64,000 nucleotides of DNA from Chlamydiia bacterium. GTDB lineage: Bacteria; Chlamydiota; Chlamydiia; Chlamydiales; Rhabdochlamydiaceae. Below are positions 1-9,663 of this stretch, one piece after another. The notes under the pieces are model-generated. The model ran no database searches. It was given only the letters and a program-made list of their open reading frames with translations, and was not told where the DNA came from. A program made the position numbers and the translations under genes. The DNA lies in contig CAWDOQ010000002.1 of NCBI GenBank assembly GCA_963804085.1, positions 1-64,000 of the forward strand. The letters run 5' to 3'. Every line of letters begins with the position of its first letter. Within the stretch, counting starts at the first letter, position 1.

Positions 1-1759
1 TTGCATGTCAACTGCGTTCGAGCCGCTCGGAATGTTGAAGGTGCGGCTCTGACCGCCAAAGTCCAAAGTACCCGAAATGACCACAGGACCCGTGTTGGTT
101 GTTGTATCATAAACGATATCAGTTCCCCCTGTAAAAGGAGTCCCTGTGAAGGCGATGGGCCCAGGAATAGGTATTACTTCCTTGGATGGTAAGAGGATGT
201 GAGAGAGTAGTTGAATCGGAGCTGAGAGTTAAGAGAGCACCTCGCTGTGTCAAGGTGCCTGAATCGAATATAAGATTTAGGATGGTTTGAGCTTGCCCGT
301 TTAAGTCGAGCGTACCGCCGTTAATGAGGTGAGAAGGAGTCGGAGACAAAGTGTTGGGTATAGCAGTTTGAAGCGTGCCGGCGCTGATCGTCATGCTGCC
401 GGCGTAGGTGTTTGTTCCTCCAAGGATTAACGTGCCAGCGCCGATTTTTGTCAAAATTTCCAGAAATCCCCAAGGAGATGGATAAGGAATTGCCACCGGT
501 AGTCATAGTAGGCGGATCTGGGCCCAGGTGCGAGAGATGGTGCCCGAGTCGCTAGCCTGAGAGTCTCCCATCGTTTAGAGTTAGGGCGCTCGTGCCAGCT
601 CCGATGTTATCATCGCTTGAAATGGCGAGCGTGCCGCCGCTTACCGTCGTGCCACCCGTGTAGATATTTGATCCTGTAGTTGGAGAACTCCCAAGCCGGT
701 TTTGAATAGTCCCATGCCGTTATCATTTTGGATAGTGTTGGCAACACTCATGTCAACGGCATTGATCGAAGAGCTGTTCTTCCCAATATTAAAGGTTCGA
801 GCTACTTCTCCAAAATCAAGAAAGTCACCGTCGCCTGAAAGATCCGCACCTCCCACATTAGTGGACGCATCATAGACAATGTCACCAATCCCATCCGAGC
901 TTCCTACTAAGTTGATCTAGATGCGATTGAGACGTTTCTCATCGTGAGCCTTGCCCCGGGCCCGTTTAGCGTCATTATTGCGGCATCGGTAGGGTAAGAT
1001 CCGGCTTGAAAGTTTAAGGTCTTAAATGACGGTGAAACATTAACGCTACTGAAGTCGAGTGAGGGACGTTGTATTCACAAGTATGCTGGAAGAGAAGTGT
1101 AGGAGAAAATGGATTGCCAGTTTCGGAGGCGGTAAAATTCCCAGATCCTAAAAGTTGCAGATCTCCGGAATAGCAGTCGCATTCGCAACTGTCTTGTTCG
1201 CACCTAAATGGCCAGAATTCACTATCGTGGCTCCTGCGTAGGTATTAGATCCTGTCCCAGCAAACACAATGTCCGCGTTGACTGCTGCCACTCCGTTAAT
1301 TGTAATAGCGTTCGGTGCTCCGGTATTAATACTACTGATGACCGTGCTATTGCCAGAAGCCGGGATCGAAATCGTGCTACCACCCGCTTGCGTGATTGTA
1401 AGAGCAGTCGATGAACCAGAGAGGTCCAAGCCAACGTTTACGTTGATGTTAACAGCACTTGCAGTGTTGACTTGGAGTGATCCCCCGTTATCGAAGGTGA
1501 TCATATTTGTTCCAGAAATCGTAAGGCCTGCAGTGGCACTGATCGTGTTGATCCCAACATCTTCGCTTAATGAGGGTGTAGCGGTTGAAGTAAACTGCGC
1601 GGTGTCGCCAGCGGTAAGGAGGACCATTAGGGCTCCAATTCCCCCCGTACTCCAGTCGCCTCCTCCAGGACCTATCCAAGTATAAATCGTGGAAAAAACA
1701 ACGCGCGTGGTTAAAACCGAGACTATTAAAACACACGTCTGTAGAGGAAATCTGAGCAT
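1..1759 (-). pseudogene. Frameshifted large autotransporter-like passenger protein with PATR (passenger-associated transport) repeats; continues off the window start
   Basis: Signal-peptide-like N-terminus in ORF 1148..1759. PATR motifs in separate fragments: LTKIGAGTLILGGTNTYAGSMTISAGTL (119..496), GLFKTGLGVLQL (641..856), GSNTYAGATIVNSGHL. Multiple frame breaks may be real decay or sequencing errors. Confidence 0.7.
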
Positions 1760-1832
1760 ACCTTTGATATACAGACATAATATTTTAAAACTCTATAAAA
1801 ACTTTAGGAAGAGAAGAAAAACCCATTTAATG

Positions 1833-1989
1833 GACGGGACCCCCAAGTGGACGAAGTGGACAGAAGAGTGGTGGACTTTAGTGGACGAAGTGGACGGGGA
1901 TCTCTTCTGACTCTTCTTCTTGGCGCTGTCCACAAAGTCCACTTTGTCCACATCGTCCACTTTAGTCCACAAATCTGCGCCAGTCCACA
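1833..1989. repeat. Family-1 hairpin repeat: (GTGGAC-NNN)n, core, (NNN-GTCCAC)n; copy 1
   Basis: GTGGAC units at about 9-bp spacing followed by GTCCAC units; core TCTTCTTGGCGCTGTCCAC shared with the copies near 6.1 kb and 46.6 kb. Confidence 0.85.
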
Positions 1990-1997
1990 AAACAAAA

Positions 1998-2027
1998 GAA
2001 CCCCTCTTGCTGCAGCAAGAGAGGTTC
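1998..2027 (-). terminator. Probable intrinsic terminator downstream of the 2055..2423 gene
   Basis: Hairpin GAACCCCTCTTGC-TGCA-GCAAGAGAGGTTC followed by TTTTGTTTTG on the minus strand. Confidence 0.6.
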
Positions 2028-2054
2028 AGTTTGTTACAATGTTTGAGGTGTTAT

Positions 2055-2423
2055 TCATGTACCTCTCTTATTGCAATTTTCAAAGGTACGCATAACAATC
2101 ATAGTGATTGCCGCAGTTACCCCTATCGCAACAGGAATGCCTATAATTGCAGCTTTCTTCCAATTGCGCTTTTCTGCTCGTTCTTGCTGCAACTCTTTGC
2201 TCAACTCAACTATCACTTGATTCGTATCGTTGAATTGCTGTTGCGTTTGAGTGACTGTTCCATCACTCTTATTTTCTTCTCGGTTGGGAGCCAATTGAAC
2301 TACCTCCCGATCTCCTGCCCATAGTGCACGTGCTTTTTTTATCACAGCAAAAGGGTCAGAAATAATCGTTACCGCTATGGCTAATCCAGCTTGTGCAACC
2401 TTCTTACCTATTTCGGCACTCAT
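2055..2423 (-). CDS. Hypothetical coiled-coil protein with C-terminal transmembrane anchor
   Basis: Part of ORF 2055..2486. ATG at 2423 follows AAGGAG; coiled coil then RNWKK and a hydrophobic helix. Confidence 0.65.
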   Translation of the reverse strand: MSAEIGKKVAQAGLAIAVTIISDPFAVIKKARALWAGDREVVQLAPNREENKSDGTVTQTQQQFNDTNQVIVELSKELQQERAEKRNWKKAAIIGIPVAIGVTAAITMIVMRTFENCNKRGT

Positions 2424-2495
2424 AATATTCTCCTTTATCCATTTTGTTTTAAATGGATGAGAAACACTCTGCATGATGGCAAACATTTAAAATCA

Positions 2496-2510
2496 CCGTA
2501 AAAATTACGG
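2496..2510. promoter_or_regulatory. Palindromic putative operator CCGTAA-AAA-TTACGG
   Basis: Perfect 6-3-6 inverted repeat between the LuxR stop codon and the next gene, about 80 bp upstream of its start. Confidence 0.5.
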
Positions 2511-2512
2511 GG

Positions 2513-3274
2513 TTAGTACAAAAGAAGCTCGCTTTTGGAGCTGCAGCCGAGCTTGTTTTTGATGTTGTCGAAATAGGATTCGACGGTGCGCTGAGAGAGG
2601 CCGAGAATTGCAGCTGTGCTCTGCGCTGTCTCGCCTAGTTTGTAGAGCTCAAGGCACTCTAACTCTCTCGGTGAAAGGCCAAAGAGCTCTTTTAAGAACT
2701 TACAAGAGCGTACATTCTTAATGGAAAGGGGGAGCGTTGGATCGCTCTCCCAGAACTTTTTTCCTTTGGCCTCTTGCAAGTTGTACCCTTCTCGTTTTAT
2801 CTCACGGATCAGAGATGCCGCCTCTTTTTTGAAGTAGGGGATAAATTTGTGAAGTAGATTGATATTTTGCGTGAAGATCTCATGCCCGATATCCTTACAT
2901 CCAGGATTTGCAAATAAAGCGCCTTCCATTTTTCTCCCGTTCGACTTTAGTATCAAAAAGAGCTCTTTTAGTGAGAACAGCTCATCTATACACTGCGCCT
3001 GCTCAAGATCCGCAACTGTGGGAACCAGCAGAGAGCCAGACATGAGAAGCGCTGGGTGGACAAGAAACGGATTGTCGAGATAGAGCTTATTTTTATAAAA
3101 AAAATCGATCTGATCGACAACGGTCGATAAAAGGACGTAAGAGCCATCCTCCTCAATGGTGTAATAGGTAAATCCAGAAATGTTTAAATGCTCTTTTAAC
3201 GGCGCGCAGATCTTCTTGATCTTCTGCTGATGCTTGATGGTATACTTTGCGACTAACTCATGCAGGTCTTGCAT
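2513..3274 (-). CDS. LuxR-family HTH transcriptional regulator with N-terminal sensor-like domain
   Basis: C-terminal LSPRELECLELYKLGETAQSTAAILGLSQRTVESYFDNIKNKLGC is a LuxR-type HTH. Confidence 0.88.
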   Translation of the reverse strand: MQDLHELVAKYTIKHQQKIKKICAPLKEHLNISGFTYYTIEEDGSYVLLSTVVDQIDFFYKNKLYLDNPFLVHPALLMSGSLLVPTVADLEQAQCIDELFSLKELFLILKSNGRKMEGALFANPGCKDIGHEIFTQNINLLHKFIPYFKKEAASLIREIKREGYNLQEAKGKKFWESDPTLPLSIKNVRSCKFLKELFGLSPRELECLELYKLGETAQSTAAILGLSQRTVESYFDNIKNKLGCSSKSELLLY

Positions 3275-3289
3275 AAGATAATATGCTCC

Positions 3290-3586
3290 TTATCCTTTCT
3301 CCCTGCAATTCATCCAAGCAGCAGCAAGCGCACTGATTGTCGTCACACAAGAAAGAGTAACAAGACAAAGAGCGATCTTCCATTTGCGATTGCATGCTTC
3401 ATGCTTTCGCTCCAATGCTACGTAGTTGTTCCCAGCGGTTATTGTGTTTTGAGTCCAAGCTTCGAATTGCTCTGAAGATAGAATAAAAGTCCCATCGGGA
3501 TTGGGCCGTACTCTCGGACCTATTGCAATAGCATGTATTTTAAAATGAGAAGAAGTATGTGTAATTAAACGCGCTTGTGTTGTCAT
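3290..3586 (-). CDS. Small hypothetical protein with C-terminal transmembrane helix
   Basis: 98-aa ORF with strong AAGGAGG RBS; NRKWK followed by a hydrophobic helix. Confidence 0.65.
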   Translation of the reverse strand: MTTQARLITHTSSHFKIHAIAIGPRVRPNPDGTFILSSEQFEAWTQNTITAGNNYVALERKHEACNRKWKIALCLVTLSCVTTISALAAAWMNCREKG

Positions 3587-3647
3587 GTCTCCTCCTTGTT
3601 TGACAAAAAATTTTAGGAGGTGGGCTCGAAAAACTCAAGAAATTTTC

Positions 3648-3675
3648 TATAGAGCCTGTTGCAACAGGCTCTATA
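3648..3675. repeat. Perfect 28-bp palindrome TATAGAGCCTGTTGCAACAGGCTCTATA
   Basis: Read directly; overlaps the hldE stop codon. Confidence 0.8.
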
Positions 3676-5008
3676 ACTTCTGTGGGGTGAGGAGAGCAAA
3701 AGGATGGTCGAGGGTCACAAGACGGCCGCCTTCCATGCTATAGACATGTTCGGGCTGCATGATTTCGCAGAGGTTGCGCAAGCTCTCACACTTGAGCACG
3801 ATAAAGTCGATCTCAGCAATCGATGAGAGTAGCGAGACAAACTCCTCATCGGGATCATTGTCGCGTACGTAGACGATGAGCTTCTTCTCTTCATCGAGAC
3901 AAGAGAGTTTGCGAATGCCGCTAAACACAGCGGTCGACATCCCATAGCCGCTCTCTAAACCAAGCACGATAAAGCGTTTACCTTTTAGCGCTTGCTGCAG
4001 TGCAAAGAGGTGCTCCTCATCGAAAACTTTGTTCTCGACATCATATTCGAGAAGTCTTGCGGCCATTTCCGAGAGGTTAATGCGTGCACAGCCAAGACGC
4101 TCGATCGCCATGCCCGCTGCGATATTGGCCAGTTGCGCGGCGTACTTGATGTCTAGCTTGTTTGCGAGTGCTACGCTGATCATCGCAAGAACGGTGTCTC
4201 CTGCTCCTGTCACATCTTTTACCTCTTTAGAGCGCACAGGGAAATCAAAGCGCTCTCCCTTTTTATGAAAGAGGGACATGCCAAATTCTGAGCGTGTGAT
4301 AAGAAGCATCTCCATATGGCAGCTCTGTAAAATTTTCGTGGCGACCTGATCGAGCGGCGCTTCTTGCGGCAGTTTGGCAGCAGCATAGGCTTCACTCAAG
4401 TTGGGCTTGAGAACTGTGGCGTACTGATACTTCGAAAAATCGTCTCCTTTGGGATCGACGATAACGGGGATATTTTTAGCTTTTGCCATCTCCAGCACGC
4501 TCATGAGAAGAGAGCGGGATAAAAATCCTTTGCCATAATCTGAAATGGCGACGATCTGGACGCTATCCAAGAGCGTGGGTATCTTTTCGACAATTGCCTG
4601 TTCAAGCGTTTCGGGTATAGGAGAGAGTGTTTCAAAATCGACGCGCAAGACCTGCTGCGAATCGGCAATTAGTCGGTTTTTAACAGGTGTTTTATATCCT
4701 TGCTCTTTTAAGAGGCCGCGCACGTCGACCCCCTCTTTTGCAAGTGATGAGGAGATCTCCTCGCCTGCCACATCCATGCCAATTCTTCCTAAAACAGAGA
4801 CTTTGGCGCCTAGCGAATTTAAGTTGAGTACGACGTTGCCTGCACCGCCGGGGCGGCTCTCCTCCTTTTGCACATGGAGCACAGAGACGGGCGCTTCCGG
4901 AGAGATGCGCTTCACTTTACCTGTCGTGTAGGTGTCGAGCATGAAATCGCCAATAACAAGCACCCGCACAGGGCTAAAGTGGCTGAGCATCCCGACTAGT
5001 TTTACCAT
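3671..5008 (-). CDS. hldE: ADP-heptose synthase HldE/RfaE: PfkB-type heptose-7-phosphate kinase plus a degenerate C-terminal domain
   Basis: Motifs VLVIGDFMLD, RISPEAPV, GGAGNV, SDYGKG and DVTGAGDT. Confidence 0.9.
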   Translation of the reverse strand: MVKLVGMLSHFSPVRVLVIGDFMLDTYTTGKVKRISPEAPVSVLHVQKEESRPGGAGNVVLNLNSLGAKVSVLGRIGMDVAGEEISSSLAKEGVDVRGLLKEQGYKTPVKNRLIADSQQVLRVDFETLSPIPETLEQAIVEKIPTLLDSVQIVAISDYGKGFLSRSLLMSVLEMAKAKNIPVIVDPKGDDFSKYQYATVLKPNLSEAYAAAKLPQEAPLDQVATKILQSCHMEMLLITRSEFGMSLFHKKGERFDFPVRSKEVKDVTGAGDTVLAMISVALANKLDIKYAAQLANIAAGMAIERLGCARINLSEMAARLLEYDVENKVFDEEHLFALQQALKGKRFIVLGLESGYGMSTAVFSGIRKLSCLDEEKKLIVYVRDNDPDEEFVSLLSSIAEIDFIVLKCESLRNLCEIMQPEHVYSMEGGRLVTLDHPFALLTPQKL

Positions 5009-5994
5009 CGTGCATCCTTTAGCAAGTAACCTTTGACGTAATCGCCTACTGCTGTTTCTATGCTATACTGCAATGGCTTTTTCTTTGCAGTATATCCGTG
5101 CGCATCCCAATACTTTTGCATATCTGCACAGGTGTAGTTCTGGTACTGTCTAGCCAGCTCTTGCGGCATCTCTACATATTCGATGCGTGGAGGAAGATTA
5201 GCAGCAGAAAAGAGAGCGCTGGAAATGCGATTCCAACTGGTCGCCTCGCCCATCCCGATATTGTATATGCCGGCTAAATCGTTATCTAAAAAGTCACACG
5301 TCATCTTTACCGCATCTTTGACATAGATAAAATCGCGGACTTGTTCGCCATCGCCAAACTTTTGCGGTTCTGTTGATTTAAAGAGGCGTACCACCCCCTC
5401 TTGCAAAACATTCGGCAGCATTTTGTAGACCATCGATGCCATGCGTCCTTTGTGGTTTTCATTCGGGCCGAAAACATTGAAATACTTGAGACCCACGATC
5501 TGGTCAAGAACGCCTTGTTTCTTTGCCCAAAGATCAAAGAGATGCTTAGAAAAACCATAGAGATTAAGAGGTTTGAGCTCCTCCAATCCATCATGATGAT
5601 CAGAAAAACCGAGCTTGCCGTCGCCATAGGTAGCAGCAGAAGAGGCGTAGATAAAGCGGATTCCTGCACGCAGCGCATACTCGGCCAGGCGCACAGAAAA
5701 GCGGTAGTTGTTCTCCATTAAGTAATCGCCATCTGTCTCGAGAGTATCAGAACAGGCGCCCAGGTGGATAAAAGCCTGGATCTCATGCTCCTTATCCTTG
5801 AGCCACTCGAAGATCTCATTTTTCGAAATGAAATGGAGGAACTGTTTACCTAAAAGGTTTTTCCACTTTTCTGTTTTTTTAATGTCATCGACGAGAACCA
5901 GGTTGGAAAAGCCTCTCTGATTGAGATGCGAGACGACGCACGATCCGATAAAGCCGGCAGCGCCTGTTACGACAATCATCTGCGAACTGTTCAT
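5002..5994 (-). CDS. hldD: ADP-L-glycero-D-manno-heptose 6-epimerase
   Basis: VTGAAGFIGS, HLGACSDT, YASSAATYG, YGFSK, YFNVFGPNENHKGRMAS. Confidence 0.95.
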   Translation of the reverse strand: MNSSQMIVVTGAAGFIGSCVVSHLNQRGFSNLVLVDDIKKTEKWKNLLGKQFLHFISKNEIFEWLKDKEHEIQAFIHLGACSDTLETDGDYLMENNYRFSVRLAEYALRAGIRFIYASSAATYGDGKLGFSDHHDGLEELKPLNLYGFSKHLFDLWAKKQGVLDQIVGLKYFNVFGPNENHKGRMASMVYKMLPNVLQEGVVRLFKSTEPQKFGDGEQVRDFIYVKDAVKMTCDFLDNDLAGIYNIGMGEATSWNRISSALFSAANLPPRIEYVEMPQELARQYQNYTCADMQKYWDAHGYTAKKKPLQYSIETAVGDYVKGYLLKDARW

Positions 5995-6035
5995 GGCGTT
6001 AGGTTAGCAGAGAAAAAGAAAAAGGACAAGGAAGA

Positions 6036-6175
6036 GTGGAGACCCCAAGTGGACAAAAGATAGTGGACTGAAGTGGACGATGTGGACTAAGTGGACGGGG
6101 CACTCTTCGCACTAGTCTTCTTGGCGCTGTCCACCAAGTCCACTTTGTCCACATCGTCCACTTAGTCCACCCTCT
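6036..6175. repeat. Family-1 GTGGAC/GTCCAC hairpin repeat, copy 2
   Basis: Same architecture and core as copy 1. Confidence 0.85.
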
Positions 6176-6182
6176 TCAGCGC

Positions 6183-6644
6183 CTATTCCGCTTTCGCTTC
6201 CGCCACGATAGTAAGGACGAAAGTAGCCGGCACACCTTCTTTGAGTTTCAAGGAGAGGTTGTGAGTGCCGAGTGCTTTGATCGGTAGGGGCAGAACCACA
6301 TTGCGCTTCTCAATCACATGACCTTTCTCCTCAAAGAGACGTGCGATGTCGACTGCACCGACCGAGCCATACATGTGACCTTCGGGATCGACTTTAACGG
6401 AAATGGTAAGCTCCATTCCATTGACATTTTGGGCGAGGATCTCCGCCTCTTTCTTGTCGACTTCAGCGCGCTCTGCTCGCTCTTGTTTTAAGCGTGTCTG
6501 CATGCGAAGCGTTCTTTTATCTGCGATTACCGCTTTTTGTTGCGGAAGAAGAAAGTTGCGCGCATAGCCCGGCCTTACTTTAATCAGATCGCCGCTGCGT
6601 CCTAAATCTTCTACATCTTCAACAAGTAATAACTGGTTTGCCAT
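6183..6644 (-). CDS. rplI: 50S ribosomal protein L9
   Basis: LGRSGDLIKVRPGYARNFLLP and YGSV. Confidence 0.97.
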   Translation of the reverse strand: MANQLLLVEDVEDLGRSGDLIKVRPGYARNFLLPQQKAVIADKRTLRMQTRLKQERAERAEVDKKEAEILAQNVNGMELTISVKVDPEGHMYGSVGAVDIARLFEEKGHVIEKRNVVLPLPIKALGTHNLSLKLKEGVPATFVLTIVAEAKAE

Positions 6645-6668
6645 AGTTTTTGCCTATACTTTAATAAA

Positions 6669-6941
6669 TTAGTCTTTTGCGACAAACGGGAGTAGTGCCA
6701 TATGTCTTGCCATTTTGATCGCATTCGCAAGCTGTTTCTGGTGGTGAAAAGAGACACCAGTGATACGTCTTGGAATAATCTTACCCCTCTCTGTGATAAA
6801 TTGAGCAAGCGTGTCGATATCTTTGTAGTCGATATGTTGCATGCCCGATGCAGTGAAGGGGCACTGTTTACGCTTCTTACCAAAAGGGCTCTCCGGCATA
6901 GACGGTGGCGAAGGTGGTCTTCTTTGAAATGTCTGCTCCAT
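6669..6941 (-). CDS. rpsR: 30S ribosomal protein S18
   Basis: [26 protein letters not shown]. Confidence 0.97.
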   Translation of the reverse strand: MEQTFQRRPPSPPSMPESPFGKKRKQCPFTASGMQHIDYKDIDTLAQFITERGKIIPRRITGVSFHHQKQLANAIKMARHMALLPFVAKD

Positions 6942-6944
6942 ATT

Positions 6945-7286
6945 CTACTCCTGAATGAGCTGTTTAAATTCGATCTTTTCCATCACTTTTTCCGTACGCA
7001 ACGTGAGAAAGCGGATGAGATCTTCGTTTAGATGGTACTCCTTCCACAACTCTTTGATAGCAGCGGTAGGGGCACTAAAATAGATCACAAAGTAGTGGCC
7101 TTCACGGCGTCCATTGATCTCGTAAGCGAGCTTGCGCCGTCCAAAGTCGTGGAGCTTGTGAACCTCTCCTTTCTGATCTGTGATTGCTGAGGTGATCTTC
7201 TCGACTGCTTTTTGACGTGCATCGTCGCTAAGCGTAGTGCTTAAGATGTACATTCCCTCATAAATTTCTTTTTTCTCTTTTGCCAT
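6945..7286 (-). CDS. rpsF: 30S ribosomal protein S6
   Basis: YEGMYIL and GRRKLAYEI; position in the rpsF-rpsR-rplI operon. Confidence 0.96.
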   Translation of the reverse strand: MAKEKKEIYEGMYILSTTLSDDARQKAVEKITSAITDQKGEVHKLHDFGRRKLAYEINGRREGHYFVIYFSAPTAAIKELWKEYHLNEDLIRFLTLRTEKVMEKIEFKQLIQE

Positions 7287-7287
7287 T

Positions 7288-7887
7288 TTATTCTCCTGTA
7301 TCTCCTATTTGGTTGGCGAAGCGCATTGCGCTATCAACTCCTTCCTTAATCCAAATGTTGAGGGAAGCAAGCGCTTTTTCCTCTATAGAGGGAAGCTTGA
7401 CTCTCTCCTCCTCGGTAAACTTACCTAACACATGATCCGCAAGCTCTCCGTGCATGCGGTCCCCCACTCCTATTCTCAAGCGGGGATAGTCCAGCGTTCC
7501 TAGATGGACCTCTACGCTTTTCAATCCGTTGTGCCCTCCCGCGCTCCCTTTAGCTTTCAGCCTTAGCTGGCCAAAATGAAGGGCGATATCGTCGCAGATG
7601 ATGAGCACCTTCTCGTTTGCCACTTCCAAGTAATCGGCACACTTTCGCACAGACTCACCGCTACTGTTCATGTAGGTCTGCGGCAGGAGGAGAATAACTT
7701 TTTTATCCTCACAAACACCCTGTGCTATTTGTCCAAAAAACTGAGCCTCGTTACGCAGCTTCCATCCCTGCTTTTTCGCAAAGGCAGAGACCACTCGAAA
7801 ACCAATGTTGTGGCGGGTCTCGTCATAAACGCTGCCTGGATTTCCCAGTCCAACGATCAGACACTTACCGTTTTGCAACGACGACAA
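7288..7887 (-). CDS. pth: Peptidyl-tRNA hydrolase
   Basis: LIVGLGNPG, TRHNIGF, YMNSSG, GGHNGLKS. Confidence 0.97.
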   Translation of the reverse strand: MSSLQNGKCLIVGLGNPGSVYDETRHNIGFRVVSAFAKKQGWKLRNEAQFFGQIAQGVCEDKKVILLLPQTYMNSSGESVRKCADYLEVANEKVLIICDDIALHFGQLRLKAKGSAGGHNGLKSVEVHLGTLDYPRLRIGVGDRMHGELADHVLGKFTEEERVKLPSIEEKALASLNIWIKEGVDSAMRFANQIGDTGE

Positions 7888-8434
7888 GGACCTCCTCTAT
7901 TCCTGCAAGCAGGCGGATCCCTTCAGGCAGCGCGACATCTTTTAATCTGCGCGTCTGAGCGATTCCTAAATCTTTCACATCAACTAGAAATTCTGTGGGG
8001 ATCTTCTTGGGCAAGCACTCTACTTCTACGTAGCGCACCACCTGTCTTAAAAATCCTCCGAGCTTTACACCTATGCAATCGACTACTCCTGTTACTGTCA
8101 CAGGAACTTTCACTCGCACAGGGACGTTGTCAACCAGCTCTTCAAAATCGAGGTGAGAGACGCGGTAGCTAGTCAGTTCGTATTGAATGTCTTTAACAAC
8201 CGCTTTTTTCTCTTTGTTGCCCATCATTAGGGTAAACACCGTTGTCGGCAAGCCACCCGTTTTGAGGTTGCGCAAAAATGTTCCAAACTCCGTGCCGTTG
8301 ATAAGAAGCGACTCGCTCTCTTTACCGGGCGAATAGAGGACCGCGGGGATATTGCCTTCGCGCCGCATCGCTTTTGTATCGCTCTTCTTCATCGCTGCAC
8401 GTTTTGTCACTGTCAGTTTCATATATTTCTCCAA
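7865..8434 (-). CDS. rplY: 50S ribosomal protein L25/general stress protein Ctc
   Basis: RREGNIPAVLY and HLDF; prs-rplY-pth context. Confidence 0.95.
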   Translation of the reverse strand: MEKYMKLTVTKRAAMKKSDTKAMRREGNIPAVLYSPGKESESLLINGTEFGTFLRNLKTGGLPTTVFTLMMGNKEKKAVVKDIQYELTSYRVSHLDFEELVDNVPVRVKVPVTVTGVVDCIGVKLGGFLRQVVRYVEVECLPKKIPTEFLVDVKDLGIAQTRRLKDVALPEGIRLLAGIEEVLVVVAKR

Positions 8435-8469
8435 ATATTTATTTCAGAGGCAACTTAAGCCTTCAAACT

Positions 8470-9408
8470 TTAACTATTGAACAGGGAGGAGATCGATTTT
8501 GCTGAGACGATAGACTCTATCGCCTTAGCAAAAAGAGGTGCTATGGAGACGATTTGTAACCGTTTTCGGCTGATTTCGCTAGGTAATGGTACCGTATTGC
8601 TAATCAGCATCTTCTCAATCGCACTCTCCTCAAACGCTGAACCGACCATAAGGCCGTGTGTGACTGCTGCAAAGACCCCTTTGGCTCCAGCACTTTTACA
8701 CACGCGGGCGGCTATTTTCAGCGTTTCCCCTGTCGAGCATATGTCGTCGACGAGAAGAACATCTCTGTCCTTAACGTCGCCAATTAAAGCATGCGCCTCG
8801 ACATGTTTTGCATTTACTCGACGCTTGTCCACAATGGCATAATCAACATGCAAACTCTCCGCAAAATCTCTGGCCATCTTAACACTGCCTACGTCGGGAG
8901 TTACCACGACGCACTCTTTCAATCTCAGCTCTTTGATCGCTTCCACTAGAAGCGGCCGCGCATAGAGATTGTCGACAGGGTGATCGAAAAACCCCTGAAT
9001 CTGCTCTGTATGCAGATCCATTGTGAGGACTCGAGTCACTCCTGCCCGTTCGAGAAGATCAGCGACGAGCTTTGCCGTGATAGGCTCCCTCTCTTTTCCT
9101 TTTCGATCTTGCCGCGCATACCCAAAGTAGGGAATGACAGCTACGATCGAACGAGCAGAGGCACGTTTCAAAGCATCGACTAAAATGAGCAATTCCATGA
9201 GATAGAGGTTGGGATGTCGTGCGATAGACTGCAAAACAAATACATCCCTTCCGCGGACGTTCTCTAAAATATGAACGCCTATCTCACCATCTGGAAAAGT
9301 CTCAATCTTCAACTTTCCTAACTGCACACCGACGCTTTCTGCAATTTGCTGCGCAAGTTCGCGGTGCGAAGATCCGGCAAAAAGCATAAAGCCACTTTCG
9401 GTATGCAT
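8470..9408 (-). CDS. prs: Ribose-phosphate pyrophosphokinase
   Basis: FPDGE, PYFGYARQDRK, LLVDDICSTGET. Start trimmed to ATG 9408 because the longer ORF runs through the tRNA. Confidence 0.96.
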   Translation of the reverse strand: MHTESGFMLFAGSSHRELAQQIAESVGVQLGKLKIETFPDGEIGVHILENVRGRDVFVLQSIARHPNLYLMELLILVDALKRASARSIVAVIPYFGYARQDRKGKEREPITAKLVADLLERAGVTRVLTMDLHTEQIQGFFDHPVDNLYARPLLVEAIKELRLKECVVVTPDVGSVKMARDFAESLHVDYAIVDKRRVNAKHVEAHALIGDVKDRDVLLVDDICSTGETLKIAARVCKSAGAKGVFAAVTHGLMVGSAFEESAIEKMLISNTVPLPSEISRKRLQIVSIAPLFAKAIESIVSAKSISSLFNS

Positions 9409-9422
9409 AGAGGTCTCATTCC

Positions 9423-9494
<72 letters not shown>

Positions 9495-9568
9495 TCAGTA
9501 AAAAAGCGAGCACCATGCTACTCTAGCTGAAGATTTTCTGGCAACTGAGACCTAAACTTTTTATTGAT

Positions 9569-9646
9569 CGCGCCCGCTTCCGCGCCCGTATGCGCGCCCG
9601 ATCCGGATTAATTCGGGCGCGCATGCGGGCGCGGAAGCGGGCACGT
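9569..9646. repeat. Family-2 GC-rich hairpin repeat with core GATCCGGATTAATT, copy a
   Basis: Long inverted arms around TCCGGATTAAT; nearly identical to 11735..11813. Confidence 0.9.
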
Positions 9647-9663
9647 AAAAGAAAATTTAAACT

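Noticed and set aside
1833-1989. GTGGAC arrays as a CRISPR array
   Set aside because: Units are 6 bp with mostly 3-nt spacers and invert midway; no 25-40 bp repeats with unique spacers and no cas genes.
1689-2095. Short ORFs with VDEVD/WTKWT/STSST repeats (also 46461..46649)
   Set aside because: Translation artefacts of the family-1 repeat.
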